A DNA stretch of 64,000 bases from Glaucostegus cemiculus (Eukaryota): NCBI GenBank assembly GCA_976551045.1, contig CDPCPM010000091.1, positions 2,046,001-2,110,000 on the forward strand, in the 5' to 3' direction. Position numbers and translations under genes: made by a program. Positions 51,950 to 64,000 of the stretch are shown piece by piece. The notes under the pieces are model-generated. The model did no database searches. It was not told the origin of the DNA and saw only the letters and a list, made by a program, of their open reading frames with translations. Position 1 is the stretch's first letter, and the number at the start of each line of letters is the position of its first letter.

Positions 51950-53260
51950 CAGTTTCTTACTGTGCCAACAAGAAAGCTGGTATTACTGGACTTGATTTGG
52001 AGAAATGAGACAGTATTGAGCAACTAGAGGAACAGCTAGTAAACAGCCATTCTGAATCTTATGATGATTGCCATGAAAAAAGATACAGACAACACCAAGA
52101 TAAAAATAGCCAACTGAAAAGAGGGATAAGCACAAGCCATTGGTAAATTGGAATCAATGCTTGGCAGGAAACTAACTGAAAAGGGGGAGGCTTTTAAAAT
52201 TGAACATGTTTTAGCTACAGATTATGTACATTCCCATGGAGGGAGAAGGGTAGGAAAATTGAAGCCAGTACACTGTGGTTGACCAAAATGATAGCTGGGA
52301 AAAGTGAGCTGGGAAAAATGAGAAAATGACAGAAGCTGGGTTGTTAACATGCGAGAACTGGCCTGATTACAGAAAGTTCAGAAAGTAAAGGAAATGAGAG
52401 AGGCAAAAGAGGGGTCATAAGAAAATATTGCAGCAAACATAAATATTGTATAGGCACGTGAACAGAAAGAAGGTTATAAGAGGATAGTGGGGTCAATCAG
52501 AACATTGATGGAGGCAGAGAGCATGGCTGAGGTACTAAGTACTTTATATCAGTCTATACCAAGGGAGATGGTTTTGGAGTCTCAGCAAAAGATGTACTTA
52601 GATTCTGGATGGGCTAAAAGTTGATGGAAGAGGTACCAGCAGAGCTAGCTACAATTAATGGATAAATCACCTGGTCGAGATGGGATGTATCCTAAGTGGC
52701 TTGCAGAAGGTAGACAGAAAAATGCAAAGGCCTGCCCATAATCTTCTAATGTCTATAGATTCAGGGGAGGTGGCTAAGAATATTACACCATTGTTCAAAA
52801 ATGGATGTGGAGAAATCTGGTGTCTATTCAGCTTAACCTCAGTGGGGAAGTTCTACAAAGAATAATCAGGAAAAGGACATCAATCATTTGGAAAACTGTG
52901 GATTGACTTGAAAGAGAGTGTTTGGATCTGTTATTGACAAAGTGGACATAACTAAAATGATACAGCTTTTGGATGATGCAGGTGTTGTTGTCATCTAATG
53001 TGAAGGAAAGTGACAGGGGGACTGATAAGGGAAACGCAGTGCAGTTATGTGTGACTTCCAAAAGGCCCCTGATAAAGGGGTCACTAATAGTTTTGCCATC
53101 AAAAAAAGTTTCATACAGCAAGTAGTTAGTGTTGGGACTGCTCTGCCAGGGCAGTAATGGAGGCTTATAAAAGGAAGCTGGGTAGGTTATTGAAAAGGAA
53201 CCAATTTTAAGGGCAAGGATAGGGTGGGATAGCTGTGATAGACTAGTTGTGCTTACAAAG
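51950..53260 (+). mobile_element. Highly decayed CR1 LINE ORF2 fragment
   Basis: Purine-rich, with gataaatcacctgg (DKSPG), acaccattgttcaaaa (TPLFK) and gacttccaaaaggcc (DFQKA). Confidence 0.65.
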
Positions 53261-56200
53261 CTGTGTGGTTGGATGTGTTATTTAATTACTTGAATTTCCC
53301 AGCTGCCATAGTGGGATTCAAGGGCCCATCTTCAAATCAACTAGCAGAGCCTTCAGACATTAACTTGAACTCTAGGGTACCATAGGCCAAATGATTCCAC
53401 ATCCAAGTGTACAGTACCATATGAACTTGTGCTTGGTGGGAGGTTGGGATCAGGTTGAGTCACTAAGAATCAATTCTGAAATTATAATCAAAATAAAACA
53501 TACATGATTTTAGCTCTTCCAGAGCACACCTGGTACAACGCTAGTGTCTGCACTACAGTAGCTGCTGACAATCCAGGAAGACAGGAAGGAAAGCTTAGCT
53601 TCATCTGTCAACATCCACTGCAGCAGATTGGTGTATGGTCAAGGACCAGCTAATTTGCCTTGTTTTGAACAGCCTTAAGCTAACTATTAGCACACCAAGA
53701 ATAGCCATTTGAATGGGCTGCCACTTACCTGGCAGTGAAATCACTGCCGGCATAAGTAGCCACTTTCTAGAGAGGAAAGTACGAAGGGAATAACACTTAA
53801 CTTCATGGCAACTATAATCGCAACACAAGTTTTATTAAAAGCTATTTGTACAGCCATTTATTTACAAATACAGCAATCAAGATACCATAGGCATAGGTAA
53901 CTTTAAAAAGTTTTTCATTTCTACTTTTAATTTTTGCATCTACTCATTACAAGAAACTACATACACATTGTCAATGTTTTAGTTAGCTAATTTTAAACCA
54001 ATTTTCTTTATTGTATAACATTATTCTCAAAGTTCCAGAAGCATCCTTCTGTTAAGAGCAAAGATTTCTCTCAGTTCTGCAACTGTATACACATTACTTA
54101 AACATTTCCTGAGAACATCTGAAAAATCTTTTAACACCTTTGGATAACTACAATTTGCATGAGAATCTACCATGTGCATTGTATGAAATCAACACCACAC
54201 AAACTAAGCATGCTTTTCTTCTCTAATCCATACATATGCTTTAGGCCCAAGTGTCAATTGACAAGCACTTAAGCCAGAATCCTGTATTTGCACCAAAAAA
54301 AACTTATAATTACTTCCAGACAGGAAAAGCCTTTCATAGTGTAAAGGCATCTCTAAACAGCTTTCATTAGTATCATCTGTATTAGTCAACTTGTGCCAAT
54401 TATAGGCTAAACTGCTGGTGTGGACCCAGGGTGATTCTAGCCCTCCCCTTTCAAAATAATTGTGAATTGACTAAAGCTAGTCAATCTTTTTAAAAAAGGA
54501 TGCCATCAATCACCAAAACAATTCTGAAATATAAATGGAGTCTTCAGAGTTCCAGTGGCATCCAAGACCCACTTGCCTGTACATCTTCAGAACTGCAGCC
54601 GGATTAGCTGTGCCCGTGTATCTTCATGCTCAGAGGCAGCAGAGTGCTTTGAAAATCCCAAGCCACGTGAAAGGGCTTTAAGCAGCACAGGTGATTGCAA
54701 AGTGTTGGGTTTTGCACTTGCACTACAAGGAAATTGAAAATCACAATGCAATTTCAAACGTGCAACTCCTGACCCCATTTCTTGCAAACCTACCTTTTAA
54801 TTAAGGTGGTCAGAACTGCATGTGATGAGCAATTCTCACGTTTTATTTGCAGGGGGAGGTAAGGAGAGTGGTGGGTAGGGGAAGTAGAAACTTAAGGAAC
54901 AAGAAATCACATCTGCTAAAACTGATCCCATTTAAAACAGCTGCATAACATTGAAGTTTCATTTACACTAAAATTTGTGCTGCAAAGGATTCTCTGCAAC
55001 TTACAGCTCTGCTTCCTTCAGACAGTCCTGGAGATTTTCCAAGTACAAACACAGACACGCTTTAGATTACAACACCACCTGCACTATCACTACTCTCCAG
55101 AATTTGCTTATACGGATACAGCTGAAAAAGAATGTAAAATTCATTCAACTATTACCATCTGCCTCATTTCAGTGGCCTGAAGCTCTACCTTGGTTATACA
55201 ATTTCCCACCAGAATTGATGCTGAATACTTGAAGAATCACAACAGTGGGGGGAAAAAACATTAAGAATATCAACATCTTCAACATAGCAGTGAAATGGCA
55301 GTAATTAGATATTTTTCAAGTAACTTTGGTGCTACCTACAAGCTCCTTTTGTTTATACTGTTCTTCAGTTCCAACAAATGCTTCCTTAAACTCCCATAAA
55401 GGAGTCTCTAGTCAACTGTCAATTTAAGCTCTTTTAATGGAGGCTGATCTGACAAGTACTGGTGCTGATGACATATAAATGAATGTTTGCTGAGGACCTC
55501 TGTGTTCACCCTTGACCTCTGTCCTGTAGATCACATTAAGCTTGACATTATCTTAGCATTAACTTAGAGCGCGCTAGATAGGAGGTCAGGATCAGGCTAA
55601 GGCAACAACTTGAAATTGGAAAGAGCATGAACTTTACAATCAACAGGTCGAAAATATTAAACAAAACTTCCTGTTTTCCAATGAAGACATTAAAATATTA
55701 GCATTAGAAAAATTATATCCTCTGTCCACAATTTCAGGAAAAAGTTCTAGTTGTTTGCATATGACAAAAGTATCCTGGAAGAACACCTCAAGCTGATATA
55801 TTGGTCAGAGAAGGCCTCATTCCTTCAACAGACAAATACATGGATTGTCCTGTTGCTCTCATTGATGTATTGCTGCTAGAAAGTTTCTTTCACAGAGGTT
55901 AGCCAGTACAACAAAAAGCAGTCCTACACTTCCTAAAAAGGTGGAATCATAGGCTATAAAAAAAAGCAAATTCTGAGCACAAATGACAAAACTTCCAACT
56001 AAGTTAGTCAGTTTAAGATATTTGACCCATGATGTGCCCTCCAGCTTATCGATCTTAAATAATATTAAGTTTTTTTTAAAAAGAATCAAGCAGGTCATCA
56101 TCACTGAAAGTGTGTGTGCACGCATGAGGAAAAGAGATTCCAGGTGCAAAAGCAAAGGTTACGTGAGTGCAGCAGGGGAGCACACAGGCACAAGGGCAAG

Positions 56201-57254
56201 AAAGAATGCAACTGAGTGCATGTTTGAGGGAGGGCAAGGGAATGCATGCAAGTTGCAAATATGTGTATGGTGGTGGTGGGGGTAGTGGTCCTGAGAGTGG
56301 TGGAGCAGGAAGAGCAAGTTACACATCTATTAGTGCAGTTCTTGTTAAACCTCATATCACATCCAAATGAAGAATGCTTTGTGACATCAGGTGCAACACA
56401 AGACAGGTCCACACACAATGCCTCATACTGGTGATGGAAGTCTAGACATACTTGCATGCTTTACTCTGTTCACTCCCTTTACAAATTTTAAATCAGTGGC
56501 CCAAGGCCAAAACCTTATTTACAGCAACAAATGTGAATCAGATCAACTGAAAAGTATTTTTTAAAATATGTAATTCAACTCTCTTGACATAAACCCATTG
56601 AAATGTACTGAACTGAATACAACACAACATAAGCTTTCCTTGCTTTGTTTTGAAATACAGACAACAAATCCATTACAAATGGATACCACGAAGCTTTTTA
56701 AAAAAAGGTAAAATGAAGGACAAAGGAAACTGAGAAATAATGAATGCAGTATCAAGTTTAGGTTTCAAAAGTCTGAATAAAACACAAGTTTCATAGGTTT
56801 GAAGCCTGGGAGAAGAGAAGGAATGGGAAGAGCAGGCAGGGAGTAGGAGGAGACCTAACAGAACGTCAGGGGGATAAAGGTGACAAGTTCACCACTGACA
56901 GGACCTGGCCACAACAGAAAAAAGTTTGCAATGATTGAAAATTGCAGGCACAAGCAAAAATTGGACATTTATTTTCCCATGCATTCTTGGACAAGGTAAA
57001 GCTGGCTCCAAGACAGAGATAGTCTTGAATGGGCTCAACTTCGAGACAGTTAAACAAGGAAACAATATGAACTGGGCCATAAAACAGGATGGTGTTCCTT
57101 GGAAGCAGTTGTAGCAATAGATTTGAGATGGAAGATTTAATTGAGGTTAACTGCATCTCCAAGGCCAAAAGTGATGATAGATGAAGAGGAAGTCAGTGAT
57201 CAAGCACTGGCTGTTAAATGAGACTTCTGAGAGAAGTGAAGATCAAAAACAATT

Positions 57255-58760
57255 CATTCACAAAATGCAAGACACATCCAATCTGGCTAATTACTACCCA
57301 GTCTACTCTCAAGATAAGATCTTTAAGTCACATATACATCGAAACACACAGTGAAATACATCTTTTGTGTAGTGATTTTTGGGGGGCAGCCCGCAAGTGT
57401 CGCCATGCTTTTGGCACCAACATAGCATGCCCACAACTTCCTAACCTGTACATCTTTGGAAAGGAGGAAGAAACTGGAGCACCCGGAGGAAACCCACGCA
57501 GACACGGGGAGAACGTCCAAACTCCAAAATCCGCAAGGAGACAGAAGGAATCATCAACAGAGCTATGAAGCAGCATTTATTCACCAATACCCTGCTCACT
57601 GATACCCAGTCTGTGTTTCACCGGGACCACTCTGCTCCAGAACTCATCACAGCCTTAATCCAACAAATGAGCTGAACTCCAGAGGCAAAGTGAGGTAAAG
57701 TTGACTGCCCTTGAGTTCTAGGCAGCATTTGATCGAGTGTGGCAACAAGGAGCCCCAGTATAACTGAAGTCAATGCAAATGAAGAAGAAAGTACTCCAAT
57801 AGTTGGAGGTATACCTCAGGCAAAGGAATGTGTTTGTGGCTGTTGGAAGTAAATCATCCCAACCCCAGGACATCACTGTAGGACTTCCTCAAGGCAATGC
57901 CCCAGGCCCAACCATCTTCAGCTCCATTATCAATGAAGTTCTTTCTATCATGAGGTCAGAAATGGGGATGATGGCACAATGTTCATATCCATCCCAAACT
58001 CAACAAATGAAGCAGCCCATGTCTGCATGCAGTAAGACCTAGACAACCATCAGCCATGAGCTGATAAATGGCAAGTAACCTTGTGCCACAAGAGTGCCAG
58101 ACAACGACCATCTCCAACCCAAAAGACAGGCTAACCACCTATTCTTGATATTCAATTGATTTACCATCAAGGTGTCCCCCACTAATAACATCCTGACAGT
58201 CACCACAGACAAGAAATTCAACTGGACTGACCATATAAATACCAAGACTACACAAGAACAGGTCAGAGGCTGGGACTCCTGCTGAGAGTGACTAACCTCC
58301 TAACACCTACAAGTCCTTCTAAATCTCTATAAGTCAGGGGCATGATGGAATGCACTTCGCTTATCTAAGTGAGCATAGCTCCAATAACTCACAGGAAGAT
58401 TGACATCATCCAGGACAAAGCAGCCCACTTGACTGGCATCACTTTAACCATCCATCCTAAATATTCATTCCCTCCACCACTGGTGGACAGTGGCTCCAAT
58501 ATGTACTATCTACAAAATGCACTGCAGTTACTTATCCCAAACCAACATTGTCTACCACCAGAGACAAGATCATCATTGTAACTTGTAAATACATCACTGT
58601 TCCTTCACCAACACTAGGTCTAACTCCTTGAACTCCCCATCTAACACAATGGTTGTAGTAACCACACCAGAAAGACTACAGCAGTTGAAGATAACAGCTC
58701 ACAAACACCTTTTTGAAAGCAGTTAGGACTGAGTAGTTAAATACTGCCAGCACTGACCAA
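57255..58760 (+). mobile_element. Decayed CR1/L2-group LINE RT and 3' end, interrupted by a SINE
   Basis: SNLANY..SLL, AAFDRVWQQG, GLPQGNAPGPTIFS and IQDKAAHL motifs. Confidence 0.8.
57311..57525 (-). mobile_element. 5'-truncated V-SINE inserted in the LINE
   Basis: Closely similar to 7560-7775 but lacks the tRNA head. Confidence 0.85.
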
Positions 58761-61700
58761 ACGTTGAAAAATTAAAGAATATATCTAGAGCTAATCATAG
58801 CTTCCGTAACTTGGACAAATCAGTTGTCGTTGAAAATTTATCATTTATCCTTAAGGAGAGAATCAATTCTTGCAGTTTTCCTAACAATATAGTTGAAAAC
58901 TGAAGAGGGACTGAGAAAACAATGGCGGGTGCAAGCAAGTTCAGAAGAACATGTCTCGACGATGCTAGAAGGGATAAAGTTATGACTTAGTAAAGCAGTT
59001 GTACCTCAGACAATGAAGAAACCATTGAAGTGAGAAAGAGTGAGGTTTGATGTTGATCATTATGGCTCAGTGGGGGAAAGGCTCCTCACAAAGACCATGA
59101 TGAATAAAACTGGAGAAAGACAAACCAAAAAGTTTACTTATCTCCAGGGAGTTTGCATGTGTGGGAGTAGCACAAATACAAGAAAAGCAGAATTCCACAA
59201 CTGTTAGATGAAACGATTCTGGTAAGATACGCAAGTTTCCAGCACTACATTGTAAATAAGCATAGATTTTTATTGAAGCAATGAAAACCATGAGAGAGCA
59301 ATGGGAATTTTTACTACAGACAAGAAATACTGCCTGACACACCCACCACTCCTTCACTATCTGCTTCATGCCTTCTTTTGTCTCGCCTTACTTTGTTTAC
59401 ATCATTCTTATTTCTTTCATTTAGCAAAACCCTCATGGCTCTCATTTAGCTTATGGAAAAAAGGCTCTATTAAAAATGGCTTATAAAATTTCCAAGTGTA
59501 TTATTTAAAGTAAACCCCATCCCATGACAATTTTGTTCCAAAAGGACCACTATTCATTTCCTGTGATATCCAATGTGACTAGGTCCACCAAAAGCGACTA
59601 CAGTTGCACTGGGGAAAGAAAATCATTGACAAAATGCAAGTCAGCTTGTTAGCTAAGTGTTTTCTTCCTGGTATCGAAATCATCTTCTATTATGAACAGA
59701 GTTGTTGCCTGGAGATGATGTTCCAGACATCCAGTCACTGCCCAATACACTTTTACAGCACAAGAGCAGAGAGGGGTTTATATTCTTGATTGTACTGGAC
59801 CTTTAAATCATTTTACTGTGCTGTGCATACAAAAGTTATCACAAAGTAAATAAAAAGCTTTTAACAATTAACTTGTAGATAATGAGGTGCTCCATACTAT
59901 TAAAAGCCAGTTTCAGTGAAAGGGTGTTAAGACACTAAGCCTTTTATTCAAAAGAGAAGAAAAAGGAACTTACAATAAATGCATCTTATTGAAACAAGTC
60001 CCTGCACTAGTAATTCAATAAACATTAGTTTGCCTTTACCTTTCAAAGGGGTCATGCAAGATTTCCAATGCAGCTTTAAGTTATACAAATGTGCAACAGA
60101 AGGAAATATAGCCTTACAGGCCTGGTGTTACATTAGTACATTGCTGAAGCTAACCCCAATCTTCCAGAGAAGTCTGTGGCAATAGTGAAATGACTGTTAA
60201 CATTAACCTTTGGATGGATATTGGAGAAGAGGGTTAATTATGAGCTCTTCCCGGTTTAAGATTGGTTAAAAGAAGCAGAGTGAGCCTAGTGGGGGAGAAA
60301 GAGGAAAGGCATGAAAAATGTGTCAAGTTTAGAATACGTCTCTGTGCCAAATCTACTTCATCACTCACCACTGAACTTTCCCAGGCCACTCTTGACAGGA
60401 CGAAGGCACAGCCTGCCATGGATCATCTTACCAAGTGCCCCTTCACCACATGACCTTCCAAATTACCCACTGGCTTTGGCTTGACACTAATTGGTAAGCC
60501 CACTGAACCATATCGAGGCAAACAAAGAGACACCTGGAGTTCTGTCAAAACATGCCGTCAGTGAAAACTGAACATTATAAATGGGCTCAGACCCACCCTG
60601 AAACAACCTGGGGTAAAATTTGCAAAGAGAGGACAAGAAAACCCTACAAGAAAACAAAAGGACCAGAAATGGGATATTCTAGAATTGCACAGATTTTCAA
60701 ATTTTATGGTTTGAAATTAGGTTGAATCCAAGAGACAGGAAAGCTTGTTTATACTTTATTCACTGACAGGTTCTTCTTTTATTCAAGCATCTCTGTGACC
60801 AACAGCATATGATGAAATGGAAAGTTGTCTATAATAAAGTAGCTTTGAATAGCCTTTGGAAACAACAGATCAAATTTCACTTTAGCAGAAGACTGCAGGC
60901 AAGTAGCTGAAAGCTGGGATTCTAGGTTTCTGCTATCATCAGAATTTAAAGATTTAAGAAAAAGTAGATGTTTGCTTGCTTTGTATGGCTTGAATAACAA
61001 TTCAAACTATTTTAGCCCAATGGTAATTACTGCACAACAATATAAAGAACAGGATCTAAAATGAAGCCTTTAAGAGTTTTTAAATAAGTGCATGAACAGC
61101 CCTGACAAGAGCCAAAAGATGGAGGTCTACGTAATAAATCAACTTCCTTCCTACATGAGCCAATGCCTTTTACTGGGAGGGTTAGTCCAAGGTCCAGAAG
61201 GTGCATGCCTTCATTAACAACCTGAAGCACTGAATCACACGAAATGTTAATAATTAACAATAATTCACCTCGCTTAAAATCAATTCCAAATAGCCAGCTA
61301 TTCTCAAAATGAAATTCATTCAGATGGTAAAACTACAATTAACTCAAATCAACTATTTTCAATAGCACTAATTTAATATGGGCTTCTCCCAATAGCTGAC
61401 TAAGTAATTGCTACACAAACTATTAGGCCTTGCTTTCAATTCCTACCCGCAATGCCTGCCAAATCATTTCCTTGCTCATGCTCCCTTGCAGGTTCTCTGA
61501 AACTTGAGAGGTGCTTTAGAAAACAAATCATCCTTGTTGGTTCGGAGCCAGTCTGGAAGTACCAGTGTTCCAACTCCTTGCTTGTGCTGAGTAAGTGAAA
61601 TCCAGAAATGAACCACAGTCCCCACAAGCTAAGAAAAAAAGGTTTTCTTTTCTCAAAATCCCAGAGATCTCACTTGTGATAACTACCCTCTAACCTTGCT

Positions 61701-62099
61701 TGAAGTGTTCATCCACGGTGGAAGCAATGTAAAAACATGACAATTTAGTAAATCAATTGCTTTCAAATAAAAAGAGTCTAAAAATTCAAGACAGGCAGCA
61801 GAATTTTTGCAAGCTGTTTACAAGAACTCTGAAGCATACCCAGTAATGTGATTACTGATTTGCCCTCTCAAATGTGCATTGCTTGCAGATAGCAATTTAA
61901 ACTGAATACAATCCACTCCTTTTCAATGCAAATGGTGCTTAACTTAAAAGATAATAATTCTCACTCTGCTGACGCAAAAATGCCCCTTTAATAAGCAGGA
62001 GAATAGTTGTAGCACTAAGAAGAAAATATGGAAAATTACCAAACTACATGGCAGAAGCAATGACCAATTCAGCCTGAAATTAGGAATGTATCACACGAG

Positions 62100-63040
62100 C
62101 TCAAACTGTGACTCTTGCTACAGAATCACTGTCGGACAGTGGAGACAGATGGTTTGGAGTCTGTGCTGGCTCTTTCCAGAGTAATCCAATCAGATACTTA
62201 CCTTTGCACTCTCCCCAATGATTTATTTTATAATATTCAAAAATGTTCATTTGAAAACCACTGTTAAGTTTACATCAACCACACTTACAAGCACTGGCCA
62301 AAAAAAGTGGCAATCTGTTTAAAACCCTTTGCTGCGCTGTTACAGTGCCAGCGATTGGGATTCGATTCCCGTCACTGACTGTAAGGAGTTTGTACATTCT
62401 CCTGTGTCCGCGTGGGTTTCCTCCGGGTGCTCCGGTTCCCTCCCACATTCTGAAAGACGTATGGGTAGGTTAATTTGGGGGGTTTAAAATGGGCGGCATG
62501 GACTCATTGGGCCAAAAGGGCCTGTTACCATGCTGTAAATAAAAACTCTTGGTCCCCAAGCCTTCTGTGGTTGAGAATAGTTTTTTCTCTGATGTCCTAT
62601 CTAAATGAATCATCATTTTCTACACCTCCACCAAATCTCTCCTAAGTGTTTTTTACTGCACAGAGATCAACTTCAGCTTTTCGTCTATTATAACTAAAAT
62701 TTCTCTTCCCTAGAACATTTACAATAGATCTTTTCTGCACTCACCCTAGGACCTTAGTGTCCTAGGAATTGGAAGTGAACTCAGTCCTACATTTGTGACC
62801 TAACCAGTATTTTAAAAAGGGCCAAACATAACATCTTGACTGTGTTCTATGCATTTAAGCCAGGATTCTGCATCCTTTATTAACCACTTTCTCAATCTGT
62901 TCTGCCACCATTAAAGATTTATATCCAGCTCTCTCTACCCCTATACACCCAGTAAAACTACTATTTACTTCATATTGCCTTTCTTTGCTCTTTCTGCTAA
63001 TATGCACCACTTTGCACTTTCCTGCATTATTTCACATACT
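62100..63040 (-). mobile_element. Decayed CR1 on the minus strand, interrupted by a SINE
   Basis: tacacctccaccaaatctctcct...ctagaacatt...ttttctgcact...ctaaccag...tctgccaccattaaagat. Confidence 0.55.
62327..62545 (+). mobile_element. V-SINE with a CR1-type 3' tail, box A missing
   Basis: Box B GGATTCGATTCCC, V-domain gggtttcctccgggtgctccgg, tail gggccaaaagggcctgttaccatgctgtaaataaaa. Confidence 0.85.
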
Positions 63041-64000
63041 GGCAGACGAAATTTAATCGAGTAACAAACTGATTAACTAAAGTTTAATGTTTGATCATTT
63101 CCTGCCTTGCTGGGCAAATAAAAGCAGCAGCTAGTTACCATGCAATAATGAACCTATTTTCCAATGATAAGCCACCCACTCTCAGCACATCAGTAAAGCA
63201 AGCACTAGTCAATAGCTGTACAAGTTCCACCCCAGCTCCCTGTAGCCGAGGACTGAAAGGGAGTGAAATGATGGACCACTACCCACCAGCCTCCCTTTCC
63301 CAGAGATCAGGTGAAACTAGAATTGGATGTTAATAATGTTGAAAACAATTACAGGATGCTTGCAAATTAAAGTTTATTACATTCCATTGAAACTCAAGTG
63401 TTTCAGTGGAAATGAACCAACCCAAGATTAATGGATTCACCCCTCTTTAATCAAACAGCATAATTTCAAGGCCAAACTTTGTATTCAAAATTGCTTGTAT
63501 CAACATGAATGTGCAAGGATGCTGCACAAAAAGTAATTAACTACCCAACAACATGCTACTGATAGCCTTCAATGCTTATGCATTTTACTTGCATTTAAAA
63601 CCCTGCAATAAGCTTAATACCAGTGTTTTTCCACCCTTTTGCTGCATTCTCGTTTCTATAGGGCTTGAAAGTGAGTTGTTCAAATCAAACCAAACATTAG
63701 AATATTTTGAGTAAGAGGGAGGGAAAGCTTCTTTGCAGATAAATTAGTGGCACCTTCAAAGAGCTAATAAATTATCTGCAATCACACAAAGGCCTGTTGA
63801 TTCCTTGAACTTTAATAGCATTTTTTTTACTTCAAAAGGGACTGCAGAACTCAATACACAAGCATTTAAAATACTTCTGCTACTGATGCTTCTGTAACTT
63901 GTAAGTACAGAACTTTGTACATGCACCACCTTCTGAGGCTCAGTAAAATGACTGATAATTCCCTGGGTTTGCAATTCTGATGTCACAATAAGGAGACTGA

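Larger units (their letters stand above)
14121..64000 (-). other. tcf7l2: Large tcf7l2 intron upstream of the SNKVP exon (intron 5), continuing past the window end
   Basis: The upstream constitutive exon (YLQMKWPLLDVQ...PAHIV) was not found between 14121 and 64000. This intron is known to be very long in vertebrates. Confidence 0.8.

Noticed and set aside
55983-56457. Pile of six overlapping ORFs as a small gene
   Set aside because: Low-complexity purine/pyrimidine skew depletes stop codons. Only the LPCCT resemblance was kept, as a finding.

Overview
AT-rich vertebrate genomic DNA. The repeat families (V-SINE/HE1-like SINEs, CR1/HER1-like LINEs, Penelope elements) point to a cartilaginous fish, probably a ray or shark. 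The whole window lies inside one minus-strand gene, tcf7l2 (TCF4, Wnt effector). Three canonical coding exons are present: 13988-14120 (SNKVP...DPKT), 2842-2944 (GIPRPP...LVPQ, with the 12-nt alternative donor) and 2154-2240 (QGQPVY...ASMS). Everything above 14120 is one very large intron, and the upstream YLQMKW exon is outside the window. The most notable structure is a transposon-poor, CpG-enriched block at about 24.6-28.2 kb, plus a second one at 32-33.4 kb around an assembly gap. It holds several sense-strand splice donors, four of them in phase 0 with the SNKVP exon: two ATG|GTAAGT donors, a 41-codon ATG-led exon and a 54-nt symmetric exon. This looks like the internal-promoter system that makes dominant-negative TCF7L2 lacking the beta-catenin-binding domain. 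The rest is decayed retroelements, including a scrambled Penelope element with a degenerate hammerhead ribozyme, plus candidate enhancers. I found no tRNA, rRNA or CRISPR features, and nearly all ORFs in the supplied track are spurious. Repeat boundaries are approximate, and family assignments come from recalled motifs, not database searches.
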